64,000 bases of DNA, taken from assembly GCA_963771075.1 (NCBI GenBank), contig CAVYSE010000011.1, positions 484,929 through 548,928 of the forward strand. The letters run 5' to 3'. This DNA is from a candidate division FCPU426 bacterium. Its GTDB lineage: Bacteria; Oederibacteriota; Muellerivitia; Muellerivitales; Muellerivitaceae. Both the position numbers and the translations under genes were made by a program. Below, piece after piece: positions 28,090 to 39,666 of this stretch. Position 1 is the first letter of the stretch. Each line of letters begins with the position of its first letter. The notes below the pieces were generated by a model. The model had not been told where the DNA came from. It worked only from the letters and a program-made list of their open reading frames with translations, and made no database searches.

Positions 28090-30510
28090 ATGAGCAACCC
28101 GTCATCGGAGAAATTAGCCCATCATTTTTTGGAGGCCGTGGAGTTCCACGCCCTTTTAAGGGAGCTTTCGCTGGGCTGCCAGACCGCGGCGGGGAAAACC
28201 GCCCTCCTCGGCTTACGGCCCCTCCCCGAGGCCGCGCAAATCAATGAACGCCTGCAGAAGACACGGGAATTGGAACAGCACATCATCAAGGACGCCCCTC
28301 CGACGGTGCCCGATCCCGGGCCTTTTCAAAAGGCCTTGGAAGGGGCCCAGTCGAAAGGGGAAGTTCTTTCCGGCGTGGAACTCGCCGCCCTGGCGAATTT
28401 TTTGGAATCGGTGACCCGCCTTCGGCGCTATCTCTCCCCCGAAAGGGGCATACCCGCCTCCTTCCAGGAATGGCTGTCCCGCTTGAACGCCCTTCCCGAA
28501 TTGAAGGACCTGATCCGCTCCCGGGTTTCCCCGAAGGGGGAACTGCTCGACGACGCCTCCCCGGAACTGAAAAGTATCAGGGACCAGGCGCGCGCCCTGC
28601 GTTCGGAAATCCAGGAATTCTTCCAGGGTTTCCTCCAACAGGCCGAATCGGAAAGCATCTTCCAGGACCGCCTTGTCACGGAACGCGAGGGCCGAATGGT
28701 CGTGCCGGTCAAGCGCGAAAGGCAGAGCCTCGTGCCGGGGTTCGTCCATGGCGTTTCGGCCTCCGGCTCCACCCTGTTCATCGAGCCCCAGGGGACGGTT
28801 GAAAACAACAACCGGGTGAAGGAACTATCCCTGAGGGAAGAGGAGGAAATCCGCCGCCTGTTGCGTGAAATGACCCAAAAGGTGGTCGAATCCTTGTCCG
28901 AATTGAACGTCACCCTGCGGGCCTGCGCCGAGATCGACAGCCATTCGGCCCTGGCCATGTTCGCTTCCCTCTTCGGCGCCCATTTCCTGGCGCCCGATGC
29001 CGCGTCGCCCCTGGTGCTTAAGAACGCGCGTCACCCCCTGCTTTCGATGGAAGCGGGGGAGAAATTCCGGGAAAGGGTCGTGCCCCTGGACCTGGAATAC
29101 GGCGAGGGGGTGCGTATCATCCTGGTCTCAGGGCCCAACGCGGGCGGTAAAACCGTTGCCCTCAAGACCCTGGGGCTGACCTGCGCCATGGCCATGAGCG
29201 GTTTGCCCGTGATCGCCTCGGGACAAAGCACCCTCCCCCTATTCCGGCATTTCGACACCGATTTGACCGACGGCCAGAGTTTGGCGGACCACATGAGCAC
29301 CTACGCGGCCAAACTCACCGCCTTGAAGCGCATGCTGGACCACGCCGAGCCCCCCTGCCTGTTTCTTCTGGATGAACTGGGCGCGGGCACCGACCCGCGC
29401 GAGGGAGGAGCCTTGGGGTTGGCCTGCCTGGAGACTTTCCGGGAAAAGGGAGCCTTTGTTTTGGGCAACACCCACCAGCCCCTGTTGAAACTCTTGACCC
29501 AGGAAGAACAGGGCATGGCCAACGCCGCCATGCTCCTGGACGAGGTTTCGGGGAAACCCACCTTCAAGCTGGTTTCAGGGGTGCCGGGCCGGTCCTATGC
29601 CTTTACCCTCGCCAAGCAAATCGGTTTTCCCGAGGTCATCATGGAAAGGGCCAAGGCCCACCTGCCCGCGGGTGAGGCGGACCTGTCCGAGGTGTTGTCC
29701 AAACTCGCCGTGGAGAAGCAATTGGCGGAAAAGGCCCGGCAGGAATCGGAAAGAACCCGGGACAAGGTCAAAAGGATGGAAGCGGAGCTGGAAACAGCCC
29801 GGCGCCAGATCAAGGATGAGGCCAAGCGAATCAAGAAAGAGGCCCAGGTCGAGGCGGAGGGCCTCCTTAAAAATACCCGTCGGCAAATGGAGCACCTGAT
29901 CCAGGGCGTGGAGAAAAAACCCGGGACGCCCCCTCCCGCGGTCAACAAGGACCGGGTCCGCAACGCCAAGCAGGAAGTCGAACGGAAGATGAGGAACATC
30001 GCCCCCCGCCCGGAAAGGGTCATCCTGGAGATCCGGGAACTCGCCGCCGGGGAATCGGTGCATTTCAAACCCGGCCGTTGCAAGGTGCTGGTGCTTTCGG
30101 CGGACGACGACAAGGCCATGGCGGATATCCAAATGGAAAACGGCCTCAAGCTTTCCTGTAAATATTCCGATTTGGGCCACGTGACCCAGCAACTGAAGCC
30201 CGCGCCCCTGCCGCGCCCCCAGGCCACCGGGGTGATGAGCTCAAAAGCCATGGAGGAGAAGGGAAAACTGGAGCTGGACATCCGGGGCAAGATGGTGGAC
30301 CAGGCCCTGCCGATCCTCGATAAGTTCATCGACGATGCCCTCCTGGTGAACCTGCCTTTTGTGCGGATCATCCACGGGAAGGGGACGGGCGCGTTGAAGG
30401 AAGCCATCCATAAGCATTTACCCGCCTCTCATCCCGGCGTTGAATTCGCCTTGGCGGAGCCCGCGCAGGGCGGCGCCGGAGTGACGGTCATCAAGTTTAA
30501 GGGGTCTTGA
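28090..30510 (+). CDS. mutS2: MutS2 with C-terminal Smr domain
   Basis: VHGVSASGSTLFIEP, GPNAGGKTV, LLDELGAGTDP, IIHGKGTGAL. Confidence 0.96.
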   Translation: MSNPSSEKLAHHFLEAVEFHALLRELSLGCQTAAGKTALLGLRPLPEAAQINERLQKTRELEQHIIKDAPPTVPDPGPFQKALEGAQSKGEVLSGVELAALANFLESVTRLRRYLSPERGIPASFQEWLSRLNALPELKDLIRSRVSPKGELLDDASPELKSIRDQARALRSEIQEFFQGFLQQAESESIFQDRLVTEREGRMVVPVKRERQSLVPGFVHGVSASGSTLFIEPQGTVENNNRVKELSLREEEEIRRLLREMTQKVVESLSELNVTLRACAEIDSHSALAMFASLFGAHFLAPDAASPLVLKNARHPLLSMEAGEKFRERVVPLDLEYGEGVRIILVSGPNAGGKTVALKTLGLTCAMAMSGLPVIASGQSTLPLFRHFDTDLTDGQSLADHMSTYAAKLTALKRMLDHAEPPCLFLLDELGAGTDPREGGALGLACLETFREKGAFVLGNTHQPLLKLLTQEEQGMANAAMLLDEVSGKPTFKLVSGVPGRSYAFTLAKQIGFPEVIMERAKAHLPAGEADLSEVLSKLAVEKQLAEKARQESERTRDKVKRMEAELETARRQIKDEAKRIKKEAQVEAEGLLKNTRRQMEHLIQGVEKKPGTPPPAVNKDRVRNAKQEVERKMRNIAPRPERVILEIRELAAGESVHFKPGRCKVLVLSADDDKAMADIQMENGLKLSCKYSDLGHVTQQLKPAPLPRPQATGVMSSKAMEEKGKLELDIRGKMVDQALPILDKFIDDALLVNLPFVRIIHGKGTGALKEAIHKHLPASHPGVEFALAEPAQGGAGVTVIKFKGS

Positions 30511-30545
30511 ACGCTCTGGGCGGCCAAGACGGGCGGGTGGTCCCA

Positions 30546-32549
30546 TCACGGACTTTGGAGGAACCCTCTTTTTTCCAGTTCAAAAGATAGGATCGAGGAC
30601 CAAAGGGCTTGCCCATGGATGTCAAAATGGTCGTTATTTACACCTTCCGAGAACGGGAAATAGCTCGGCCGCAGGACGGCGAAGTCATCGCTTAAGTCAA
30701 GGAATTCAATGCCTTCTTCGCGGCACATTTCCTCCCAAAAGCGTCTTTGTCCCGAGGAGGGAAGACGGGTTTTCTCGTATATATCCCCCGTGGGAAAGAA
30801 ACAAAAGAGCAAGCGAGGGCCTTTTCTCCCCGCTATTGCCATGCCCGAAAGTTTCCGATTCAAGAACCCCAGGGGTTTCCCGATCATTCCGATCAGTCCT
30901 TTTCGGACCCGTGGGTTGGAGGTGAGAAGGTTGAAATTGGCAACGCTCCACCTACCGTCGGATCCGACCCGGATCAAGCCTTCGGTCTTGCAAAGGTCGA
31001 AGAATTCACGGACCCGCTCATCCTTGAATTTTTTTGAATTGGGTAAGAGATTGAACTCGGGGTCGAGTTCGAATTGGGGGATGCCCTCGGGACCGAGGGG
31101 GGATAGGAAATAGGAATAAAGATCGGTTCGTGGGTCCATGAGCATGACCACCAGGTCGATATCGTATTTCTCGCACAAGGGCGGGACCTCATAATAGGAC
31201 CAGATGTAAAGATTGTGTCGTTCAACCTTGGACCCATCCATCACCTCGGTGATCTTGGACGAACCTTCCAGGGCGCCTCGGGTGTTCAACTCCAGTTCCA
31301 GCCGACGTGACAGCAGGGCCATGGGGGAAGGTTGAGGGGAGGATGAATCCTTGGTCCAGGAACCTTTCCCAGCCATGAGGGAGTAGGAACGGCCCACGAG
31401 AAGTATTCGAAAGACCCCCTTGGGTTTACCGGGTGCGGGGGCGCGGTCCATGAGGGCATCCTGTTTGAGGTCGGTCATGTCCCCTGAAGGTTCCGAAACT
31501 TGTACGGAGGTCAGGATGGAGAGAATGGGATTGGAGACCAGGAGCCTCCCCTCGAAGCGCGGGTCGGGGACCAAACCCCATTTTTCCTGATCGGTCAGTT
31601 CGCGGATGGATGGGAGCCAAGAACCTGGATTCTTTAAGGGAATCGAGGATTCGGGCCAAATGGTGAGAATCTTCGGGGAGCTGGGTTGGGGGAAAATCCT
31701 TACGAGTGGAGTCTTTAAGGAAGCCTGGAGAAGATAAAGGGACTTTCCATCCCGGGTAAGGGTCAGGTTGCAAGCCGGGGATCGATGGAACCCGGCGCCC
31801 ATGGCCGGGGTCCAGAGCTTCCGGAGCTTCTCCATGCCGGGAATCCATTCCCAAACACCCGGAAGGTCCCTGTCACAAAGGAAAAGCCGATCCTTGCCCG
31901 CGCAAAGGGCGCTCGGATGGGAAAGTCCATTTCCCGGAAGATGGACCTCCTGGATTTCACCACCCGGGATAAGGATCCGGTCCAATGGACCTTCTCCGGG
32001 GCGGGAAAGGTAAAGGGCATGATTAGAGGATAGGTAGACCAATTGTCCGGGGTAGGGTCCAGGGGGATCCCCGGCTTTCCGGTATTGGACAAGCGTGGTT
32101 ACCGTCCCCCTCCCAAGGTCTAAGATGCGGATGGAACCGTTCCCGAAATCATCCACGGCAATCCGGCCATCGGGTAGCAAAGCCAGGGAAGTGGGCCCGC
32201 GAAACGAGGCGGAAAGGAGGGGACCGTTTTGGGAGCCTGCCAGCCCGGTGCCGGCTAGGGTGGAGACCTCGTTCTTTCGGTCCAGATCCACAAAACGGAT
32301 CCGGTTATTCCCTCGATCGGCCAGGTAAAGCCGGTCCCCTTCAGGGACACAGACCATTCCCCCGGGGTGATCGAATTGGGCCAAATAAAAGGGACCGTTT
32401 TGGAAGCCGATCTCACCCGTTCCCGCGACCAGGTCGTGGAGAGAAATCAAGGGGCTTTGGCCTGTTGCAAAAACAGAAATGGGGAGGAACGGAGCCAGAA
32501 GGACCAAAAGGAACCGGCGAGATGGAAAGGAGGGTCGTGTTATTCTCAT
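30546..32549 (-). CDS. Secreted NHL-repeat protein with C-terminal SGNH/AlgX-like domain
   Basis: Signal peptide; LADRGNNRIR, VSTLAGTG; RILLVGRSYS and NDHFDIHG resemble SGNH blocks I and V. Confidence 0.65.
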   Translation of the reverse strand: MRITRPSFPSRRFLLVLLAPFLPISVFATGQSPLISLHDLVAGTGEIGFQNGPFYLAQFDHPGGMVCVPEGDRLYLADRGNNRIRFVDLDRKNEVSTLAGTGLAGSQNGPLLSASFRGPTSLALLPDGRIAVDDFGNGSIRILDLGRGTVTTLVQYRKAGDPPGPYPGQLVYLSSNHALYLSRPGEGPLDRILIPGGEIQEVHLPGNGLSHPSALCAGKDRLFLCDRDLPGVWEWIPGMEKLRKLWTPAMGAGFHRSPACNLTLTRDGKSLYLLQASLKTPLVRIFPQPSSPKILTIWPESSIPLKNPGSWLPSIRELTDQEKWGLVPDPRFEGRLLVSNPILSILTSVQVSEPSGDMTDLKQDALMDRAPAPGKPKGVFRILLVGRSYSLMAGKGSWTKDSSSPQPSPMALLSRRLELELNTRGALEGSSKITEVMDGSKVERHNLYIWSYYEVPPLCEKYDIDLVVMLMDPRTDLYSYFLSPLGPEGIPQFELDPEFNLLPNSKKFKDERVREFFDLCKTEGLIRVGSDGRWSVANFNLLTSNPRVRKGLIGMIGKPLGFLNRKLSGMAIAGRKGPRLLFCFFPTGDIYEKTRLPSSGQRRFWEEMCREEGIEFLDLSDDFAVLRPSYFPFSEGVNNDHFDIHGQALWSSILSFELEKRGFLQSP

Positions 32550-32728
32550 GGGGTGCGGAAATCCTTGGTGTCCAAGCCGTGGTTGGAATCTGCTTATTAT
32601 AAGACAAGACCCTAGGAAACAGATGGATCGAACCCATTCCTTCTGTTGTCGTTCCCGGTTTTGATTGTAAAATTTATAGCCCCGGCCCGGATGTCCGACC
32701 GGCGAGCTTTTTCCGACCGAGAGGACCC

Positions 32729-34515
32729 ATGAAATATTCCGATGAAATCATCCAGCGGGTCAAGGACGCCTCCGATATCGTGGCGGTGGTGGGGGAGCAC
32801 GTCCAGCTCAAGAAGGCCGGCTCCAGCTACAAGGGCCTCTGCCCCTTCCACAACGAAAAATCCCCCAGTTTCATGGTCTCGCCCGCCCGCAACAGCTTCC
32901 ATTGCTTCGGATGCGGCAAGGGCGGAAACGCCATCACCTTTCTGATGGAAGTGGAGCGGCTCAGCTTTCCCGAAGCCCTGCGGCTTTTGGCGGAAAAGGC
33001 GAATATCGAACTTCCAAAACCCCAGGAACGGGAGGGGGACCGGGAAGGGGACCGCGTGCGGGAACGCCTCTTCGCCCTCAATGAGTTCGCCGCCAAGTTC
33101 TTCCAGGAAAAACTCCTCTCCTCCGAGGGGCAGGCGGCGCGCGATTATTTCAAGGGCCGGGGATTTAATAAAGAGGATGCCATGAAGTTCCTGATCGGCT
33201 ACGCGCCCGCCGGTTGGGATTCCCTCAAGACCGCGGGGCAAAAAGCCGGGTACTCCCAGGAAGAAATGCTCGCCGCCGGATTGATCGTCCACAACGAGGA
33301 AAAAAACAGCTTTTATGATAAATTCCGGAACCGCCTCATCTTTCCGGTCAAGAATAACTATGATAAAATTCTCGGCTTTGGCGGGCGTTCGCTCGGCGAG
33401 GACCCAGGGCCCAAGTACCTGAATTCCCCGGAGACCCTCCTCTTCAAAAAAGGCGAAAATCTTTACCTGTTGGAATCGGCGAGGGAGGCGATCCGGCAAA
33501 AGGGGTTCGTGACGGTGGTCGAGGGTTATTTCGACGCCTTGGCCCTGCACCATCACGGGTTTGAGAATACGGTGGCCACCTTGGGAACGGCATTGACCCC
33601 CCAACACGGACGCATTCTCAAGCGTTACACCCAGGACGTGCTTTTTTCCTACGACGCGGATGAGGCGGGGCAGGCGGCGGTGGCCCGAAGCTACGAACCC
33701 CTCGCCTCGGCGGGGCTCCAGGTGCGGGTGATGGTGATGCCGGATGCCAAGGACCCGGACGAGTTTCTCCAGAAGCACAAGCCGGAGGAACTGGCGGCCC
33801 TGATGGAAAAGGCCCCCGATTATTTCCGGTGGTGGGCCGCTTTAATCCGGGATCAGAACGCCGGGCAGCCCGCGGAACAGCGGGTGAGGGCCCTGGCGCC
33901 CCTGGTTCCGGTGATCGCGGGGTTGGGGTCGGAATCCCAGGTTCAATCGGCCTGCGCGGCCGTCGAAAGCGAAATGGGCCTGGATAACAGGGATTTCTTG
34001 GCCCTGGTCAACGAGGCCCGGAAAAAGGGTGTCCGAAAAACGGTGGGGGGAACGGAAAACCCCAAGGAGACCCCGGCCTCCGGCCCCGCCAAGGCTCCGG
34101 GCGCGGGTTCCGGCCAGCTGGAAGCGGAATTTATCGTGCTGCTGAAAGAGGAAAACGGGGACTTTATCCCCTGGGCGAAGGATGAACTGACCCCGGAGGT
34201 TTTCGAGGACGAAAATTTCCGCAAGCTGTTCGAGGCCCTCTGTTCCGGGGAAAGGTCCGTCAAGGAACTGGACCAGATCCCCGAGCTGCAGCCGGCGTTC
34301 TTGCGCATCGAGGAGCGCGCCAAGAAGGCCGTGCGGGAGGCCATGCTGGGGGACCTGGCGGCCGCCCTGAAGAAGCGGCACGGGAAAAGGCTTTTGGCCG
34401 ACTTAAAAGACCGCCAGATCGAGGCCGAGAAGGCGGGCCGGGCCGAGGAATCCATGGCCCTCGCCCTGGAAATGGTCCTGGTGAAGAAGCGATACCAACA
34501 AGAGGTGGAACCCAA

Positions 34516-34519
<4 letters not shown>
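32729..34519 (+). CDS. dnaG: DNA primase
   Basis: [11 protein letters not shown]...CFGC zinc ribbon, [28 protein letters not shown]. Confidence 0.98.
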
Positions 34520-36330
<1,811 letters not shown>

Positions 36331-36338
36331 AAAATACA

Positions 36339-36516
36339 AAACCAACTTCCAACGCCAAGCCGCTAAGCCGCAAAGAAAGACCCGAAGTTTTGTTACGACC
36401 CAGCCCAAAAGAAAATCCAACCTCCCATCCGACTTCATATCCTTGAAAGGTTCCATGTTTTACTAAAGGAATGGTTTCCCTTTGCGTCTTTGCGGCTTGG
36501 CGTTGGACGTTGGTTT
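36339..36516. repeat. Intergenic inverted-repeat element with 8-bp-period arms
   Basis: 37-bp arms 36339-36375 and 36480-36516 with 3 mismatches. Confidence 0.85.
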
Positions 36517-36628
36517 GCCTTTGTCCTGGCAAAAAGTTACAAATGGGTAACCGTTTTTCTTTTTTCCCGCACTTGAAATAAGTCCTTCCGCCCCCCACAT
36601 TGTCCTCAAATTAACCCGGGAGGTAGGA

Positions 36629-37528
36629 ATGTCCAAGAAGACTTACGCTGTGATGGGGGCCACGGGCCATATCGGCCGCGTGCTCACCGAGGAGCTTCTC
36701 AAGAAGGGCCACTCCGTGAAGGCGCTGGGCCGGGATGCCGAAAAGCTTTCGCGCCTGAAATCCAAGGGAGCCGAGACCCTTTCACCCGCCTTTGATGACG
36801 CGAAAGCCCTGGCCGGGGCCTTCCAGGGCGTGGACGGGGTGTTCGCCATGATCCCGCCCAACTACACGGCGGAGGATTTTACCGCCTACCAGGATAAGGC
36901 CGGCGAGGCCATCGTCCAGGCGCTGAAAGAATCGGGTGTGAAGCATGTGGTCTTTTTGAGCTCTGTCGGAGCCGACCGGCCCGAGGGGACCGGACCTATC
37001 GCCGGGCTTTACCGCCAGGAACAGCGCCTGAACCAATTGGCGGGCGTGAATGTCCTGCAATTGCGCCCGACTTCCTTCCTGGAGAACGAGTTCCATTCCA
37101 TCCCGGTGATCAAGGGGCATGGCATCAACGGTTCTCCCATGCCGGGAAATGTCCCCCTCGCGAGGGTGGCGACGAAAGATATCGGCGAAAAAGCCGCGGA
37201 GATCCTGGACCGGCTCGATTTTAAAGGCCATGAAGTGTTTGAATTCACCGGGCCGGGGGAATATTCCCAAGCGGAATTGACCGCCGCCCTGGGACGCGCG
37301 ATCGGGAAGCCCGATTTGAAGTATGTCCAGTTTCCCTATGAGGATGCCCAAAAGGCCATGCTGGGCAACGGGATGAAGCCCCAAATGGCGGACCTGATGG
37401 TGGAAATGTACAAGGCGGGGAACGAAGGGAAAATCCGTCCTACCCAGGAACTGACGGCCGAACACCGGGGCAAGACCACGATCGAGGAATTCGCCCAAGT
37501 TTTCGCGGGAGCCTATAGCCAGGGCTGA
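36629..37528 (+). CDS. NmrA-family NAD(P)-binding protein
   Basis: VMGATGHIG, VVFLSSVGA, LRPTSFLEN, VATKDIG. Confidence 0.9.
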   Translation: MSKKTYAVMGATGHIGRVLTEELLKKGHSVKALGRDAEKLSRLKSKGAETLSPAFDDAKALAGAFQGVDGVFAMIPPNYTAEDFTAYQDKAGEAIVQALKESGVKHVVFLSSVGADRPEGTGPIAGLYRQEQRLNQLAGVNVLQLRPTSFLENEFHSIPVIKGHGINGSPMPGNVPLARVATKDIGEKAAEILDRLDFKGHEVFEFTGPGEYSQAELTAALGRAIGKPDLKYVQFPYEDAQKAMLGNGMKPQMADLMVEMYKAGNEGKIRPTQELTAEHRGKTTIEEFAQVFAGAYSQG

Positions 37529-37554
37529 TTATTCTTGCTGGCGCCGGGAGTGTG

Positions 37555-37585
37555 AAAGAGGCGGGCCTAACGCCCGCCTCTTTTT
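37555..37585 (+). terminator. Rho-independent terminator
   Basis: AAAGAGGCGGGC-ctaac-GCCCGCCTCTTT plus T run. Confidence 0.8.
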
Positions 37586-37605
37586 GTTTGATGGGATAAG
37601 TTTCG

Positions 37606-37634
37606 TTGGCGCTCCGCAAACCCTTTTATATAAT
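37606..37634 (+). promoter_or_regulatory. sigma70-type promoter of the tRNA
   Basis: TTGGCG - 17 bp - TATAAT. Confidence 0.65.
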
Positions 37635-37722
37635 GCCCTTCCCGTAAATCCTCACGCGACTGGGGCATCCCCTGAGTAGGGGATCACCCCAAGGCCTGTC
37701 ATTACCTTCCCTAATGATCATT

Positions 37723-37798
37723 GGGGCATTAGCTCAGCGGTTAGAGCAGGGCACTCATAATGCCTTGGTCCCTGGTTCGAATCCAGGATGCCCCACCA
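37723..37798 (+). tRNA. tRNA with CAT anticodon, most likely tRNA-Ile2 (lysidine) rather than Met
   Basis: 76 nt; GGGGCAT/ATGCCCC acceptor stem, TAGCTCAG D arm, GGCA-CTCATAA-TGCC anticodon arm, GGTTCGAATCC T arm, encoded CCA; paired G1-C72 excludes fMet; location near rpoD is typical of Ile2. Confidence 0.93.
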
Positions 37799-37946
37799 AT
37801 TTATATATACCCCGATTCGAACCGGGGGGTGCGAGAGGGGGACGTCTGTGTCCCCGTGCTAAAATTTGTAATGTTGCCATCTTGAATTTATGAAAGATAA
37901 AATACCTTGCTCTGATGGCTTTCTTTAAAAGTTCATGAGGTTTTAA

Positions 37947-38348
37947 ATGCGCAGTCCAAGTCGCAAACGAGAGAAACCAAAAACTTTGGCTTCGATTCCA
38001 GCGGGGATAGACCTAAATTCTATTGCGAACGAAGTAAAATATGTTGGCAGCCCGGAGCATAAAAACACAAAGTCGTTTGCGGGTTGGCCTAGACCACGTG
38101 CGGATGCGAGCATTTGTGATCCGAACTTGGCAAATAGCCAAAATGAAATAACAGAATGGCTAAAAAGCGCAATTTTAAAGGGACATATTGGGAATCCTTG
38201 GGAAGGTAGATTTCCGAGGTATGTATGGGCTAAAAAAGGAGATAATTACTACGAGGCCCGATTAGTAAATCAAGGGGTTGGAGAATATAAAGGTTACCCA
38301 ATTTCGATGGAACAATTACCTAAAGGAATGAAGTTAGATGATAAATGA
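37947..38348 (+). CDS. Hypothetical protein, first gene of an AT-rich pair
   Basis: 133 aa, GAGG RBS, overlaps the next gene by 11 bp. Confidence 0.8.
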   Translation: MRSPSRKREKPKTLASIPAGIDLNSIANEVKYVGSPEHKNTKSFAGWPRPRADASICDPNLANSQNEITEWLKSAILKGHIGNPWEGRFPRYVWAKKGDNYYEARLVNQGVGEYKGYPISMEQLPKGMKLDDK

Positions 38349-39666
38349 ATTTAAGATAAATTTTGAGTGGGAAGATCCACTAGCCGCGCGTGGCAATGAA
38401 TTGCGCCCAACATGGGCAAGATTCCAAATTTTTGTAAACAATGTGAATATTACAAAAGTTGAGGACATTCTTGCTAAAAGTGTTAGGGATGCGATTTATC
38501 TGCCTTTGTATCCAATTGCAGAATGGATTGCCTCCAATTGGTGGAGTCTTCTGTATGAAATTAAATCTCCGATTTTATCGGAAGACAAAGACTATAGTCG
38601 CCGCCATTGTCTGATTAACGCTGCTGAAGGTTTTGCAATACCATCCCTTAACTTTGAATCCGAAGGTGATTTAATTAACTTAAATTGGGACTCTTCCTTT
38701 ATTGAATCTGCAAACGTTAAATTCATTACATATGGTAAATACTATGTTCATCGTAAGAACATTGAAGCAGAATTCGAAAAATTCTTGAAAGCAGTTATTT
38801 TGAGGCTTGAGACTTTTCAAGTAAAGGACACTTTTTTACAAAAAGAATTTATGTCAATAAAGGACTCGAGCGAAGAGGAAAGCGAATTTTGTATTTCCGC
38901 CGCTAAGATTGGTAGCGATCCTTATTCATTATCTGAAGATGAATCAAAGAAATTGGTGGATACCCTAGATAAAATCCCAGCGGGGATAAGAGAAGAATTG
39001 TTGCCTGCTACCGAGATTTCAAAGATCGAAAGTGATATGAATACAGTAAATGGTTTTATAGAAAGTTCTAAGAAAAACGAATCTAATTTAGAATCTTTAA
39101 TTAACTTGAAAAAAACAATGGGGCTTTTACTCAACGGTAATTCTTTGCCTTGGGAACAGGGATACGAATTTGCAAAACGGCTAAGAAGAAATTTAAAGCG
39201 AGATGAAATATTAATTAAATCTACGGACAACCTTACTGATTTTTTGGGTATCGCTTCAAAAGGATGGGCCGATTCTTTTAAAGAACTGCCGATAGATAAA
39301 AGAAGAATAGATAGCCTATTAGCGTCTAATAAAAATAATTCACCCGTATTTGGTATGAGAAAATTTCAAGGAAATGATTCTGGAAAAATGTTTTCTATAT
39401 GTAGGACTTTATTTGAATTTTTGAAACCGGATTTTCTTGGATCGAGTATTGTTACAAAAAGTCATTCAGATAATCAAAAAAGAAATAGGGCTTTTGCGGC
39501 AGAGCTGTTGGCACCTGAGGAGTTGCTTAGAAAACAGTTGTCGACTACCTACGTTACAATGGATGACATTGATGAAATTGCAGCCGAGTTTGGAACATCC
39601 CAAAATGTTATTCGCCATCAGATAGAAAATCATAAATTGGCTCGTATTGAAAATTACGATTATTAA
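38338..39666 (+). CDS. Protein with C-terminal ImmA/IrrE (DUF955)-like region lacking HExxH
   Basis: QKRNRAFAAELLAP and IAAEFGTSQNVIRHQ match the E-x-x-A-N-x-F-A-A-x-L-L-x-P plus HTH pattern; strongly AT-rich. Confidence 0.75.
   Translation: MINEFKINFEWEDPLAARGNELRPTWARFQIFVNNVNITKVEDILAKSVRDAIYLPLYPIAEWIASNWWSLLYEIKSPILSEDKDYSRRHCLINAAEGFAIPSLNFESEGDLINLNWDSSFIESANVKFITYGKYYVHRKNIEAEFEKFLKAVILRLETFQVKDTFLQKEFMSIKDSSEEESEFCISAAKIGSDPYSLSEDESKKLVDTLDKIPAGIREELLPATEISKIESDMNTVNGFIESSKKNESNLESLINLKKTMGLLLNGNSLPWEQGYEFAKRLRRNLKRDEILIKSTDNLTDFLGIASKGWADSFKELPIDKRRIDSLLASNKNNSPVFGMRKFQGNDSGKMFSICRTLFEFLKPDFLGSSIVTKSHSDNQKRNRAFAAELLAPEELLRKQLSTTYVTMDDIDEIAAEFGTSQNVIRHQIENHKLARIENYDY

Noticed and set aside
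32612..33778. 388-aa minus-strand ORF (also similar ORFs opposite rpsB, tsf, pyrH, mutS2 and cusA)
   Set aside because: Antisense shadows of well-supported genes
37808..37860. TTCGAACC-containing hairpin after the tRNA as a second tRNA
   Set aside because: No cloverleaf can be built; only two short GC-rich hairpins
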